NCBI GenBank assembly: GCA_964573665.1
Contig: CAZNKI010000010.1
Location: forward strand, 1,883-65,882
From: an uncultured Candidatus Cloacimonadota bacterium
GTDB lineage: Bacteria; Cloacimonadota; Cloacimonadia; Cloacimonadales; WRIO01
Direction of reading: 5' to 3'
Length of the DNA: 64,000 nucleotides
Each line of letters begins with the position of its first letter. Within the stretch, counting starts at the first letter, position 1. Below are positions 37,632 through 47,433 of this stretch, one piece after another. The notes beneath the pieces were generated by a model. It was not told where the DNA came from, made no database searches, and saw only the letters and a list, made by a program, of their open reading frames with translations. Both the position numbers and the translations under genes were made by a program.

Positions 37632-39242
37632 ATGAAGTTCTTTAATACTGCCGGACCTGTTAATCAGCCAGAACATTATAAGGTTGATCCCTTACATCGA
37701 TGGGACCTTGATGAGATACTTTTACTCATTAAACAAAAGAAGTATTTTATTCTTCATGCTCCCCGACAAACTGGAAAAACAAGCTCCTTGCTCGCATTGC
37801 AGGAATACCTCAATAAAAGAGGAGAATATCTGGCAGTTTATACTAATTTCGAAGTAGGACAGGCCAGTAGAAACGATATAAAATCATCTATCAAAGCGAT
37901 AGTGACGGAATTATTAAATAATGTTAAAGCCCTATTGAAAGAAGAAATAGATTTTAATAAAGCTTTAGACTTATTCAATCAAATTGATGCAGAAAATGGA
38001 TTAAATTCTGTATTATCATATATTACTGAAACTGCAAAAAAACCTCTTGTACTCTTTATCGATGAAATAGATTCACTGGTTGGTGATTCTTTAATCTCCG
38101 TACTTAGGCAGCTACGAACAGGATATCCAAAGCGCCCCGATTCCTTTCCTTCTACAATCATTTTGTGTGGGGTAAGGGATATCAAAGATTACCGTATTCA
38201 GACCAGTGGAAAAGATATTATTACGGGAGGCTCTGCCTTTAATATTAAGGCAAAATCATTGAGATTAGGCAACTTTTCAAAACAAGATGTCATTAATCTT
38301 TATACGCAACATACAAAAGAAACAGGTCAAAAATTTGATGAAGCTTGCTATGATCTGGTGATGGATTATACCGATGGTCAACCCTGGCTGGTGAATGCAC
38401 TTGCGCATGAAGTCACTTATGAAATAGCAGAAAACAGAGATCCCTCGATTTCAATTACACCTCAAATGCTGGAAATTGCCAAAGAGAGACTCATTTTATC
38501 CAGACAAACACATCTTGACCAGCTGGCAGATAAACTTAAAGAAGATAGAGTGAGAAGGATTTTATTGCCAATGATCACTGGTGATCAATCAATAGCGAAT
38601 GTTGATGATAAAGACTATTGCTTTGATTTGGGATTGATCAAATATACGGTTACAGGAGTAGAAATTGCAAATCAAATCTATAAAGAAATTCTCCCTCGTG
38701 AACTCAGTAAAGAGCATCAGGAAAATTTCCTTTCTCTTTTCAGACCTGTTTGGGTAAATAATGATGGCAGTATCAATGTCAAGACTCTACTCACGCTTTT
38801 TAAGGACTTCTGGAATGAAAACACAGGTATTTGGGGCAGTAACATTGCCGGGTATCAGGAAGCGGCACCGCAACTAGTGACTCAGGCATTTCTTCAGAGA
38901 GTGGCGAATGGTAACGGTTTTATCAATCGAGAATATGGGCTTTCCAAAAAAAGAACCGATCTGATGCTTAAATGGCAATATGAGAAAGAAGGCCAGTTCT
39001 GTATTCAAAATGTCGTCATTGAACTGAAAATCGTCCATCAAAAACTGAACTATCCGAAAGTATTGAAAGAGGCTATAGAGCAAACAAGCGCTTATGCAAA
39101 AATCTGTGGTGTCAAAGAAGCCAATATTCTGATTTTTGATCGTGATAAAAGTCAAAACTGGTCAGCCGATGAACCTAATGAAATCATCGAATATGAAGGC
39201 GTAACACTGGAAATTTGGAAGTTAGGCAATGCCGAGTGGTGA
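37632..39242 (+). CDS. AAA+/P-loop ATPase with C-terminal PD-(D/E)xK-like nuclease motif
   Basis: ATG 37632 (MKFFNTAGPVNQPEHY) with RBS AAGGAG; the listed 37596 start is a TTG. Walker A HAPRQTGKTSSL, Walker B LVLFIDEIDSL. C-terminal RTDLMLKW...VVIELKIV resembles a D...ExK nuclease core. Confidence 0.6.
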   Translation: MKFFNTAGPVNQPEHYKVDPLHRWDLDEILLLIKQKKYFILHAPRQTGKTSSLLALQEYLNKRGEYLAVYTNFEVGQASRNDIKSSIKAIVTELLNNVKALLKEEIDFNKALDLFNQIDAENGLNSVLSYITETAKKPLVLFIDEIDSLVGDSLISVLRQLRTGYPKRPDSFPSTIILCGVRDIKDYRIQTSGKDIITGGSAFNIKAKSLRLGNFSKQDVINLYTQHTKETGQKFDEACYDLVMDYTDGQPWLVNALAHEVTYEIAENRDPSISITPQMLEIAKERLILSRQTHLDQLADKLKEDRVRRILLPMITGDQSIANVDDKDYCFDLGLIKYTVTGVEIANQIYKEILPRELSKEHQENFLSLFRPVWVNNDGSINVKTLLTLFKDFWNENTGIWGSNIAGYQEAAPQLVTQAFLQRVANGNGFINREYGLSKKRTDLMLKWQYEKEGQFCIQNVVIELKIVHQKLNYPKVLKEAIEQTSAYAKICGVKEANILIFDRDKSQNWSADEPNEIIEYEGVTLEIWKLGNAEW

Positions 39243-39333
39243 TTTTTAGATCCTGCACTTTGAAAAAAATATCATTTCACCCATACAATAAGATAAATTA
39301 TTGAACAAATTTTTATCAATATTTTATATTTTA

Positions 39334-39392
39334 CGCTCTTAGTGCCCCTTACTTGCCCTCTACTTGCCGTCTTAGTTGATATCAAGTATTTT
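39334..39392. repeat. Right copy of inverted-repeat element (inverted relative to 18715-18776)
   Basis: AGTGCCCCTTACTTGCCCTCTACTTGCCGTCTTAGTTGATATCAAGTATTTT. Its reverse complement matches 18715-18766 at 47/52 positions. Confidence 0.85.
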
Positions 39393-39484
39393 CTTGAGAA
39401 TGATATGATGTAGCAAGGGATAATTTTCATCAAACAAATGTCAGATTAAAGAATCTAATGAAAAACACCACAAAATTAATTATA

Positions 39485-39512
39485 TTGACAAAAAAATGCT
39501 ACTTTTTAAAAT
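39485..39512 (+). promoter_or_regulatory. Candidate promoter placing the rsmG start codon at or next to the transcription start (leaderless)
   Basis: TTGACA (39485-39490), 16-nt spacer, TAAAAT (39507-39512). The ATG at 39519 lies only 6 nt after the -10. No Shine-Dalgarno-like sequence upstream. Confidence 0.35.
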
Positions 39513-39518
39513 TCTCTT

Positions 39519-40132
39519 ATGAAAACAAAAGAAGCTTTTATCGAATATTTACAAAAAATTGACAAGGCTCAGCCTGGAATTATCGCTCAGTTTGAAAAAT
39601 ACTATGATCTTCTTGTTGATGAAAATCAAAAGATCAATTTATTTTCCAGAAAGATGCCTTCCGAAGAGATCTGGACCGTTCATTTTTTAGATTCAATAAC
39701 ACTCGCAGAAGTTTATAAAGAAATCAAAGGCGAACGAATTTTAGATTTTGGATCTGGTGGCGGATTACCTGGTATTCCTTTGAGCATCATTTTTCCTGAA
39801 AATGAAACCATTTTTCTTGACTCAATACACAAAAAAGTACAATCAATTAAAAATTTTTGCAAAATGCTTGACTTAAAATCAACAGATTTTGTATGTTCAC
39901 GAATAGAAGATTTAAATAGAGTGCATAACGCATCGTTCGATCGAATTGTTTGTCGGTCTGTTCGTATTCTGCCTGAATTTAAAGATCATTTACTCAGATT
40001 GCTCAAACCAGGTGGAACCATCAATTTATACAAAGCAGTACGCTTGGAAGATGCAGAACTTTTTGACAAAGCTCATGTTTTTGATGTTTCAAAAACAATT
40101 TTAGGTGAAAGAAAGATAGTAGAGATTAAAAA

Positions 40133-40136
<4 letters not shown>
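39519..40136 (+). CDS. rsmG: 16S rRNA (guanine527-N7)-methyltransferase RsmG (GidB)
   Basis: 205 aa. SAM-binding motif ILDFGSGGGLPGIPL. Conserved rsmG-parA-parB synteny. Confidence 0.85.
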
Positions 40137-40887
<751 letters not shown>

Positions 40888-40891
<4 letters not shown>

Positions 40892-41748
40892 CAAGATTAG
40901 GAAAAGGATTATCAGCTCTTATCAAAGAAGACAGTGGTCATGAACACTCACATGGCAATATTACCCATGTTGATATAAATTTAATCAAACCCAATGAATA
41001 TCAACCAAGAAAGATCTTTGATCCTGAAAAATTACAGGATCTATCTCAATCAATCAAAGAAAATGGCTTGATTCAGCCCATTATTATCTCTCCTCTTGGA
41101 GATCAAACCTATGAACTAATCGCTGGCGAACGTCGTCTTGAAGCATCAAAAATGGCGGGGTTAAAAGAAATACCTGTTGTGATCCGCGAGGTGAGTTCTC
41201 GAGAAAAACTTGTTTTTGCCATTATTGAAAATGTGCAAAGAGAAGATCTGACTCCGATGGAAGAAGCAAAAGCTTATCAGCAACTGATTGATGAATTTGG
41301 ATTTACTCATGCCGATGTTTCCAACATAATGGGCAAAGATCGTGCAACCATTACCAATACGCTAAGACTTATGAAGCTCCCTGAATCTGTTAAAGAAATG
41401 ATCGATAAAAAACAAATCACTGCAGGTCATGCCCGAGCAATTCTACAAGTAGAAGAAGCCCATCAGGAAGAGTTTGCACAGGTGATTATTAAAAATGCTC
41501 TTTCTGTTAGAAAATCAGAAGAACAAGCCGCAAAATTTCATAAAAGCAAACCAGTCAAAGCCAACAAAAAACCTGTGTTTGACTCCGAAATGATTGGCTA
41601 TTATGAAAAAAGTTTAAAATCCAAATTTGGAAAAAATGTAAAAATTAAAACGAAGAGTAAAGATAAAGGCGAATTAATGATTCCTTTTAAAAACAAGGAA
41701 GAATTAGAAGCTATCATTCACTTGCTGGGTATTCAGAAAGAATCTTAA
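40888..41748 (+). CDS. parB: Chromosome partitioning protein ParB/Spo0J
   Basis: ParB box LIAGERRLEASKMAG, QPRK motif, HTH region (ADVSNIMGKDRATITNTLRL). Confidence 0.92.
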
Positions 41749-41800
41749 ATATCGAATAGATAAATCCTCGCTTTTTACTTTAAGCGAAAAAGGAGCCCTA

Positions 41801-42208
41801 ATGGCTTTTGGAGAAAAGATTAAACAGATCAGTTTTCCTACAGTGATCAGTAAAGAAACTGAAATCATTGGCGATTTAAAACTGAAAGATAATCTCTGGG
41901 TTGAAGGAAAAATTTCTGGCTGTGTGGAAAGCCAACAAATGATCCACATTGCTCAACAAGCAACCATCAAAGGAGATGTAAAAGCTTCCGATATGTTTGT
42001 CGCTGGACAGATTAAAGGTAACATCAGCATAACGGGCACTCTTGAACTTGACCGCGAAAGCAAAATAGAAGGCGATATATTTGCCCGAAATATCAAAATT
42101 CATTTAGGTGCTGTGATCAACGGGCATCTTGAAATGAAGCAGGAAAAACAGAAACTACAGAATGAATCTCAAATTCAAGATCCTGATGAATCTTCTGGAC
42201 ATTCATGA
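41801..42208 (+). CDS. Bactofilin (polymer-forming cytoskeletal protein, DUF583)
   Basis: 135 aa. Repetitive beta-helix pattern (IIGDLKLKDNLWVEGKISG...IKGDVKASDMFVAGQIKGNISITG...IEGDIFARNIKI). Its stop overlaps the next start (ATGA at 42205-42208). Confidence 0.8.
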   Translation: MAFGEKIKQISFPTVISKETEIIGDLKLKDNLWVEGKISGCVESQQMIHIAQQATIKGDVKASDMFVAGQIKGNISITGTLELDRESKIEGDIFARNIKIHLGAVINGHLEMKQEKQKLQNESQIQDPDESSGHS

Positions 42209-42468
42209 AAAAGCAAAACTTGTTCTCTCATCTTGATATCAATTACAAAGCAGATACAGGATTATTGTCTGCTTTAACACTACTGATGCAGGTGGGGTTG
42301 GTGATGATCGGCTCTGTATTAATCTGGATATTAATTTTCTTCTTTATTCGCCGTTATTTTTCATTGAGTCATTACTTTCTGATTATCGGGGTTATATTTG
42401 GATTATGCTCAGGTTTTATTGCTGATTATCATCTTTTAAAACGATATTTGAAACGACAAGGGAAATGA
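42205..42468 (+). CDS. Small two-TM membrane protein, AtpZ/AtpI-like
   Basis: 87 aa with two hydrophobic helices, immediately upstream of atpI/atpB. Assignment rests on position and topology only. Confidence 0.4.
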   Translation: MKKQNLFSHLDINYKADTGLLSALTLLMQVGLVMIGSVLIWILIFFFIRRYFSLSHYFLIIGVIFGLCSGFIADYHLLKRYLKRQGK

Positions 42469-42867
42469 ATGCATAATAAAAAATTTATGAAGCGAATTCT
42501 GTTTATAATTTTCTTGACAAACCTACCTTTGCTAATTATATTACCAATATTCTACAAAGAAGTCATAGGGTGGTTGTGCGGATCAATCGCAAGCGCAGGG
42601 AATTTTTACTGGCTATTCCGACAAGTTAACTCATTGAATATTTATGATGATAAGGATAGTTCTAAACGCGCTGGAGCAGGTTTTTATACCCGATATTTAA
42701 GTATTGTTGTATGGTCTTTTGCTGTGATGATATTACTGAAACCTAACGTAATTCTTTTTGGATTAGGTTTGTTTTCAGCACAAATTTCCATATATATCAA
42801 CGAGGCTTATGAATTTTTAAAAAAGGGCCCATGGGGCAAATATTATAGAGGTGACCAAGATGAATAA
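42469..42867 (+). CDS. atpI: ATP synthase protein I-like membrane protein
   Basis: 132 aa with four hydrophobic segments. Canonical position directly before atpB. Weak sequence evidence. Confidence 0.5.
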   Translation: MHNKKFMKRILFIIFLTNLPLLIILPIFYKEVIGWLCGSIASAGNFYWLFRQVNSLNIYDDKDSSKRAGAGFYTRYLSIVVWSFAVMILLKPNVILFGLGLFSAQISIYINEAYEFLKKGPWGKYYRGDQDE

Positions 42868-43768
42868 AAAAATGTCTTTGAAGATGATTTTGTTAATCTT
42901 TTTTATTGTTGAGCTTTTTATCGCATTTCTGTTTTTAGGTAAAACACTGCATATTGGGACTCATCCTGAAACTGGCCAAAAAATATGGCTTGAAGAAAAA
43001 CATGAAAAAATGACCCATGAAATTGATAAAGATATTCAGCCAGACCTCTATGTAATTGAAGAGAATATTACAGAACCATGGGAATTTACCTATGGCAGTA
43101 AAGCACTTTATGATTTATTTAAAAGCAAGTTCCCCAAAACAGCTATCCTAAACTTCCGATTATATAGAATGGTCTTGTTTCTTGATATTTTTGTGCTTTT
43201 GCTTGCAATCTTTATTCGCATGAAATCCTCAAAACTTCCCTCAAAAGTTCAATTGATGTTTGAAATGTTTTATAAATTCTTTGATGATTTAGTAGGAGAA
43301 ACATTAGGTGAAAATAGAAAGAATTATACAAAATTCTTCTTTACAATTTTCTTCTTTATCTGGTTAAGCAATTGGTCTTCTTTACTTCCAATTCCAGGAA
43401 TTTCTGAGCCAACTAGAAATCTTAATGTCCCTTTAGGTATGGGGTTGATGTCCATTGGTCTCGTTCATTTTATGGCTTTGAGAAAAAAAGGGATTGTTGA
43501 ATATGTTAAAGGCTTTTGTGAGCCTGTGTTTTTCTTAGCTCCTTTAAACATTGTCGGCGAATTATCAAAAATCATATCGATCTCTTTCCGTTTGTTTGGC
43601 AATATTTTTGGTGGAGCAATAATCACACTTGTTGTGTCAAATTTAACAAAGTTTGTTTTGGTGCCTGTGGGCTTGAATATGTTTTTCACTATGTTTGCGG
43701 GAACAGTTCAGGCATTCGTATTCACCATGTTATCATTAACATATTTATCCATGGAAATTGCAGATTAA
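42860..43768 (+). CDS. atpB: F-type ATP synthase subunit a
   Basis: Conserved SFRLFGNIFGG (essential Arg) and C-terminal helices. ATG 42860 is preceded by AGAGGTGA; the listed 42851 start is a GTG. Long hydrophilic insertion after the first TM helix. Confidence 0.85.
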   Translation: MNKKMSLKMILLIFFIVELFIAFLFLGKTLHIGTHPETGQKIWLEEKHEKMTHEIDKDIQPDLYVIEENITEPWEFTYGSKALYDLFKSKFPKTAILNFRLYRMVLFLDIFVLLLAIFIRMKSSKLPSKVQLMFEMFYKFFDDLVGETLGENRKNYTKFFFTIFFFIWLSNWSSLLPIPGISEPTRNLNVPLGMGLMSIGLVHFMALRKKGIVEYVKGFCEPVFFLAPLNIVGELSKIISISFRLFGNIFGGAIITLVVSNLTKFVLVPVGLNMFFTMFAGTVQAFVFTMLSLTYLSMEIAD

Positions 43769-43786
43769 AGGATTGAGGTTAAATAT

Positions 43787-44539
43787 ATGATTTTACAATC
43801 AGACTTAGCAGAAATTTTATTATACGCTGGCGCTGCTTTAAGTACAGGAATTGCATCATTAAGTGCTGGATTTGGTGAAGGATACACTGCCGGTGCTGCA
43901 GCAAAGGCAGTCATGCGTCAACCTAAAGCCAATGAGACAATCTTGCGTTCGATGCTGATCAGTCAGGCGGTCACCGAATCTGGAGCAATTTTTGCGCTTG
44001 TTGTATCAATGCTCTTGATTTTTGGTGGTGCTGCCGAAATGGGCATTGACTGGGCAAAATCATTTAGTTATTTAGGAGCTGGTTTAGCTATGGGTTTAGG
44101 ATGTACCGGACCAAATTTTGGTTCAGGTTATTCAGGAGCCATTGCCATTGATGGGATTAGCCGTAATCCTTCGAAAAGTGGCAGAATTACTGCAAATATG
44201 CTTATTGGTCAGGCATTATCTCAAACCTCAGCGATCTTCGCTCTGGTGGTCTCACTATTACTGATTTATATGGTTCCAACTCAGATGGTAGAACCCACTT
44301 TAAGTAAAGTGATTGTCAAATCATGTGCCTATGTTGCGGCAGGATTAACTATTGGATTTGGTACTTTAGGACCTGGTGCAGGTATCGGGTTTGTTGCAGG
44401 AAAAGCCAATATGATGCTGTCAAAATATTCAAAAGATCAGTCGGTGATCACACGAACCATGTTTTTAGGGGCAGCTGTTTCTGAATCTACATCAATTTAC
44501 GCATTAGTTGTCGCTTTCTTATTAATCTTTGTATCATAA
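43787..44539 (+). CDS. Fused three-hairpin (triplicated) F-type ATP synthase c subunit
   Basis: Three tandem c-hairpins: SAGFGEGYTAG...RQP...SQAVTESGAIFALV; TGPNFGSGYSGA...RNP...GQALSQTSAIFALV; LGPGAGIGFVAG...GAAVSESTSIYALV. Ion-site residues are E64, Q146 and E233. Confidence 0.8.
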   Translation: MILQSDLAEILLYAGAALSTGIASLSAGFGEGYTAGAAAKAVMRQPKANETILRSMLISQAVTESGAIFALVVSMLLIFGGAAEMGIDWAKSFSYLGAGLAMGLGCTGPNFGSGYSGAIAIDGISRNPSKSGRITANMLIGQALSQTSAIFALVVSLLLIYMVPTQMVEPTLSKVIVKSCAYVAAGLTIGFGTLGPGAGIGFVAGKANMMLSKYSKDQSVITRTMFLGAAVSESTSIYALVVAFLLIFVS

Positions 44540-44565
44540 GATAAAAAAAATAAAAAACCAAATAA

Positions 44566-44841
<276 letters not shown>

Positions 44842-44881
44842 TAAAGCTCCCAAAGCTAAATAATTAGATAAAGGAGTTTAT

Positions 44882-45361
44882 ATGACTGTAGATTTCACCC
44901 TCGTATTGGTCATTCTGAATTTTATTCTGCTGATGATCGTTTTAAATCAGATTCTTTACAAACCCTTAAAGATGTTTTTAAGCGATCGTCAAAAACAGAT
45001 TCTTGCGGATATTGACGAAGCTAAAGAATCGATTAAAAAAGCTGAAGCTTTAGCCAAACAAAGAGAAGAAGAACTTAAATTAGCAATGGATGAAGCACGT
45101 AAGCTGAAAGAAAGTATCAAAGTTGATGCAGAAAAGCAAGCAGAGAAAATTCTGGAAATTGCTAAAAATCAAGAAAAAGAAGTGCTTAAACAAACTGAAA
45201 TTCGAATTCAGCAGGAAATGAAGCATGCGGTTCATGAATTACAAAGCCAGATATCTGAAATGGTTGCTGATTTATCTGCACAATTCATTCAATCAAAGAT
45301 TGATAAAGATTCAGATAAATTAATCATTGAGAAGATGATTCAGGATCGGAGTCAATCGTGA
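44882..45361 (+). CDS. atpF: F-type ATP synthase subunit b
   Basis: 159 aa. A single N-terminal TM helix then a long charged helix. Position in the operon. Confidence 0.8.
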   Translation: MTVDFTLVLVILNFILLMIVLNQILYKPLKMFLSDRQKQILADIDEAKESIKKAEALAKQREEELKLAMDEARKLKESIKVDAEKQAEKILEIAKNQEKEVLKQTEIRIQQEMKHAVHELQSQISEMVADLSAQFIQSKIDKDSDKLIIEKMIQDRSQS

Positions 45362-45903
45362 AAGATTTGATTATTGCGAAGCGATATGCCAAATCAGCGA
45401 TTTGTAATATTCCCGCAGCGTCACTAAATATCTTCTTAGAAGAGACACAATCTCTTTTAGAAATATTAAACACGAATAAAGACCTGTTTGACATATTACG
45501 GTCAAAAATTGTGCTCACCAGCAATAAGCTTGATTTTCTTGAGTCAATTATTGCTGATTATCAGTTAAACGAATTTTGGCACTCATTTTTTTTGTTGTTG
45601 ACCTCAAAAAAACGAGAAGATAATTTGATCCAGATTCTTTCTGAGATTATCAATCAGATTCATTTAGATAATAATAGTAAAGAAATTGATTTGATTCTTG
45701 CTTTTGAACACTCAGAAGAAGTGCTTAAATCAATTATTTCTTTACTTGAGAGAAAAATGGGTCATAAAATAGTGTATCATGTCAAAATTGATAAAGATAT
45801 TATTGGCGGTTTTATTGCCAGACGCGAAGATTTTTATATGGACGCTTCGGTTAAAGGCAATTTAAAACAATTTGTTCAACAATCTTTCTTAAATAAACAA
45901 TGA
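45358..45903 (+). CDS. atpH: F-type ATP synthase subunit delta (OSCP)
   Basis: 181 aa. Lies between atpF and atpA. C-terminal [21 protein letters not shown] pattern typical of delta. Confidence 0.75.
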   Translation: MKDLIIAKRYAKSAICNIPAASLNIFLEETQSLLEILNTNKDLFDILRSKIVLTSNKLDFLESIIADYQLNEFWHSFFLLLTSKKREDNLIQILSEIINQIHLDNNSKEIDLILAFEHSEEVLKSIISLLERKMGHKIVYHVKIDKDIIGGFIARREDFYMDASVKGNLKQFVQQSFLNKQ

Positions 45904-45910
45904 GGAATAT

Positions 45911-47413
45911 ATGAGTATTCATCCTGATGAGATAAGCTCAATCATTAGAAATAAGATTGACAATTTCCAGTTTGATATTGATATCAAAGAAACTGGAAAA
46001 GTCGTTCAGGTCGGTGATGGTATTGCCCGTGTTTATGGTCTCGAAAAAGTAATGGCAGGCGAAATGGTGCTTTTCCCTAATGATATTTTTGGTATGGCAC
46101 TTAACCTTGAACAGGAAAATGTTGGCTGTATTATTTTCGGAGACAGTAAATACATTAAAGAAGGTGATACTGTTAAACGAACAGGACGTATTTTAGAGGT
46201 ACCGGTTGGAGAAGCAATGCTCGGAAGAGTAGTCAATTCTCTCGGTCAACCAATTGATGGAAAGGGTGAGATCAAAACAGATATCTTTTACCCCATCGAA
46301 CGTAAAGCGCTTGGCGTGATTGATCGCCAACCTGTAAAGGAACCTTTACAAACAGGGATCAAACCGATCGACTCAATGATTCCAATCGGACGTGGTCAAC
46401 GTGAATTAATCATTGGCGATCGTCAAACAGGAAAAACAGCAATAGCTCTTGATACAATTATTAATCAAAAAGGAAAAGATGTCATTTGCGTGTACGTTGC
46501 TGTAGGTCAAAAAAGATCAACTGTAGCAAAACTCGTAGATACATTAGAGAAGAATGGCGCAATGAGTTATACGATTGTCGTTTGCGCGAGTGCTTCTGAT
46601 ACTCCTTCAATGCTCTATGTCGCTCCTTATGCAGGATGTAGCATGGGCGAATTCTTTAGAGATAAAGGACAGCATGCACTGATTATATATGATGATTTAT
46701 CAAAACATGCTGCGGCTTACCGTGAAATATCTTTACTCTTACGTCGTCCACCAGGACGTGAAGCATATCCTGGTGATGTATTCTATTTACATTCACGCTT
46801 ACTTGAACGCGCATCCAAACTGAGTGATAAATTAGGCGGTGGCTCTCTAACAGCCCTCCCAATTATTGAAACTAAAGCAGAAGATATTTCAGCTTATATT
46901 CCGACAAATGTGATCTCGATTACAGACGGTCAGATTTATCTGAGTTCAAGACTCTTCTACTCTGGTATTCGTCCTGCAATTAATCCGGGATTATCAGTCT
47001 CTCGTGTGGGTGGTAGTGCGCAAATTAAAGCGATGAAATCAGTCGTTGGTCAGTTACGTCTCGACCTGGCTCAATATAATGAACTTGAAGCCTTTTCAAA
47101 GTTCGGCTCTGACCTGGATAAAGCGACACAGGCTCAGCTTCGCAGAGGCGAAAGATTGATTGAAATCTTAAAACAAGACTTGTATAATCCACTCCCTGTA
47201 AAAAAACAGATATTCATTATATTTATGGCAAATGAAGGCTATTTGGATGATATCGAACTTGATAAGATTTTACAGGTTGAAAAAGACTTGTTCACATTGA
47301 TCGATTCAAAGTATTCTGATTTTGTTGAGGAGATGATTAAAGATAAAATCACAGACTCAATGAAGGAAAAAATGCATGACATCTGTAAAGAAATTGTTGC
47401 TAATTACAAATAA
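45911..47413 (+). CDS. atpA: F-type ATP synthase subunit alpha
   Basis: 500 aa. Walker [10 protein letters not shown]. Highly conserved blocks ([46 protein letters not shown]). Confidence 0.97.
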   Translation: MSIHPDEISSIIRNKIDNFQFDIDIKETGKVVQVGDGIARVYGLEKVMAGEMVLFPNDIFGMALNLEQENVGCIIFGDSKYIKEGDTVKRTGRILEVPVGEAMLGRVVNSLGQPIDGKGEIKTDIFYPIERKALGVIDRQPVKEPLQTGIKPIDSMIPIGRGQRELIIGDRQTGKTAIALDTIINQKGKDVICVYVAVGQKRSTVAKLVDTLEKNGAMSYTIVVCASASDTPSMLYVAPYAGCSMGEFFRDKGQHALIIYDDLSKHAAAYREISLLLRRPPGREAYPGDVFYLHSRLLERASKLSDKLGGGSLTALPIIETKAEDISAYIPTNVISITDGQIYLSSRLFYSGIRPAINPGLSVSRVGGSAQIKAMKSVVGQLRLDLAQYNELEAFSKFGSDLDKATQAQLRRGERLIEILKQDLYNPLPVKKQIFIIFMANEGYLDDIELDKILQVEKDLFTLIDSKYSDFVEEMIKDKITDSMKEKMHDICKEIVANYK

Positions 47414-47433
47414 ATCACAAACGGGAGATCTCA

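Noticed and set aside
18715-39392. Calling the inverted-repeat-bracketed 20.6-kb block a transposon or integrative mobile element
   Set aside because: No transposase, integrase or recombinase gene lies inside or adjacent, and I saw no flanking direct target duplications. The block includes a housekeeping-type DEAD-box helicase. A third related repeat at 58.2 kb suggests a dispersed intergenic element instead.
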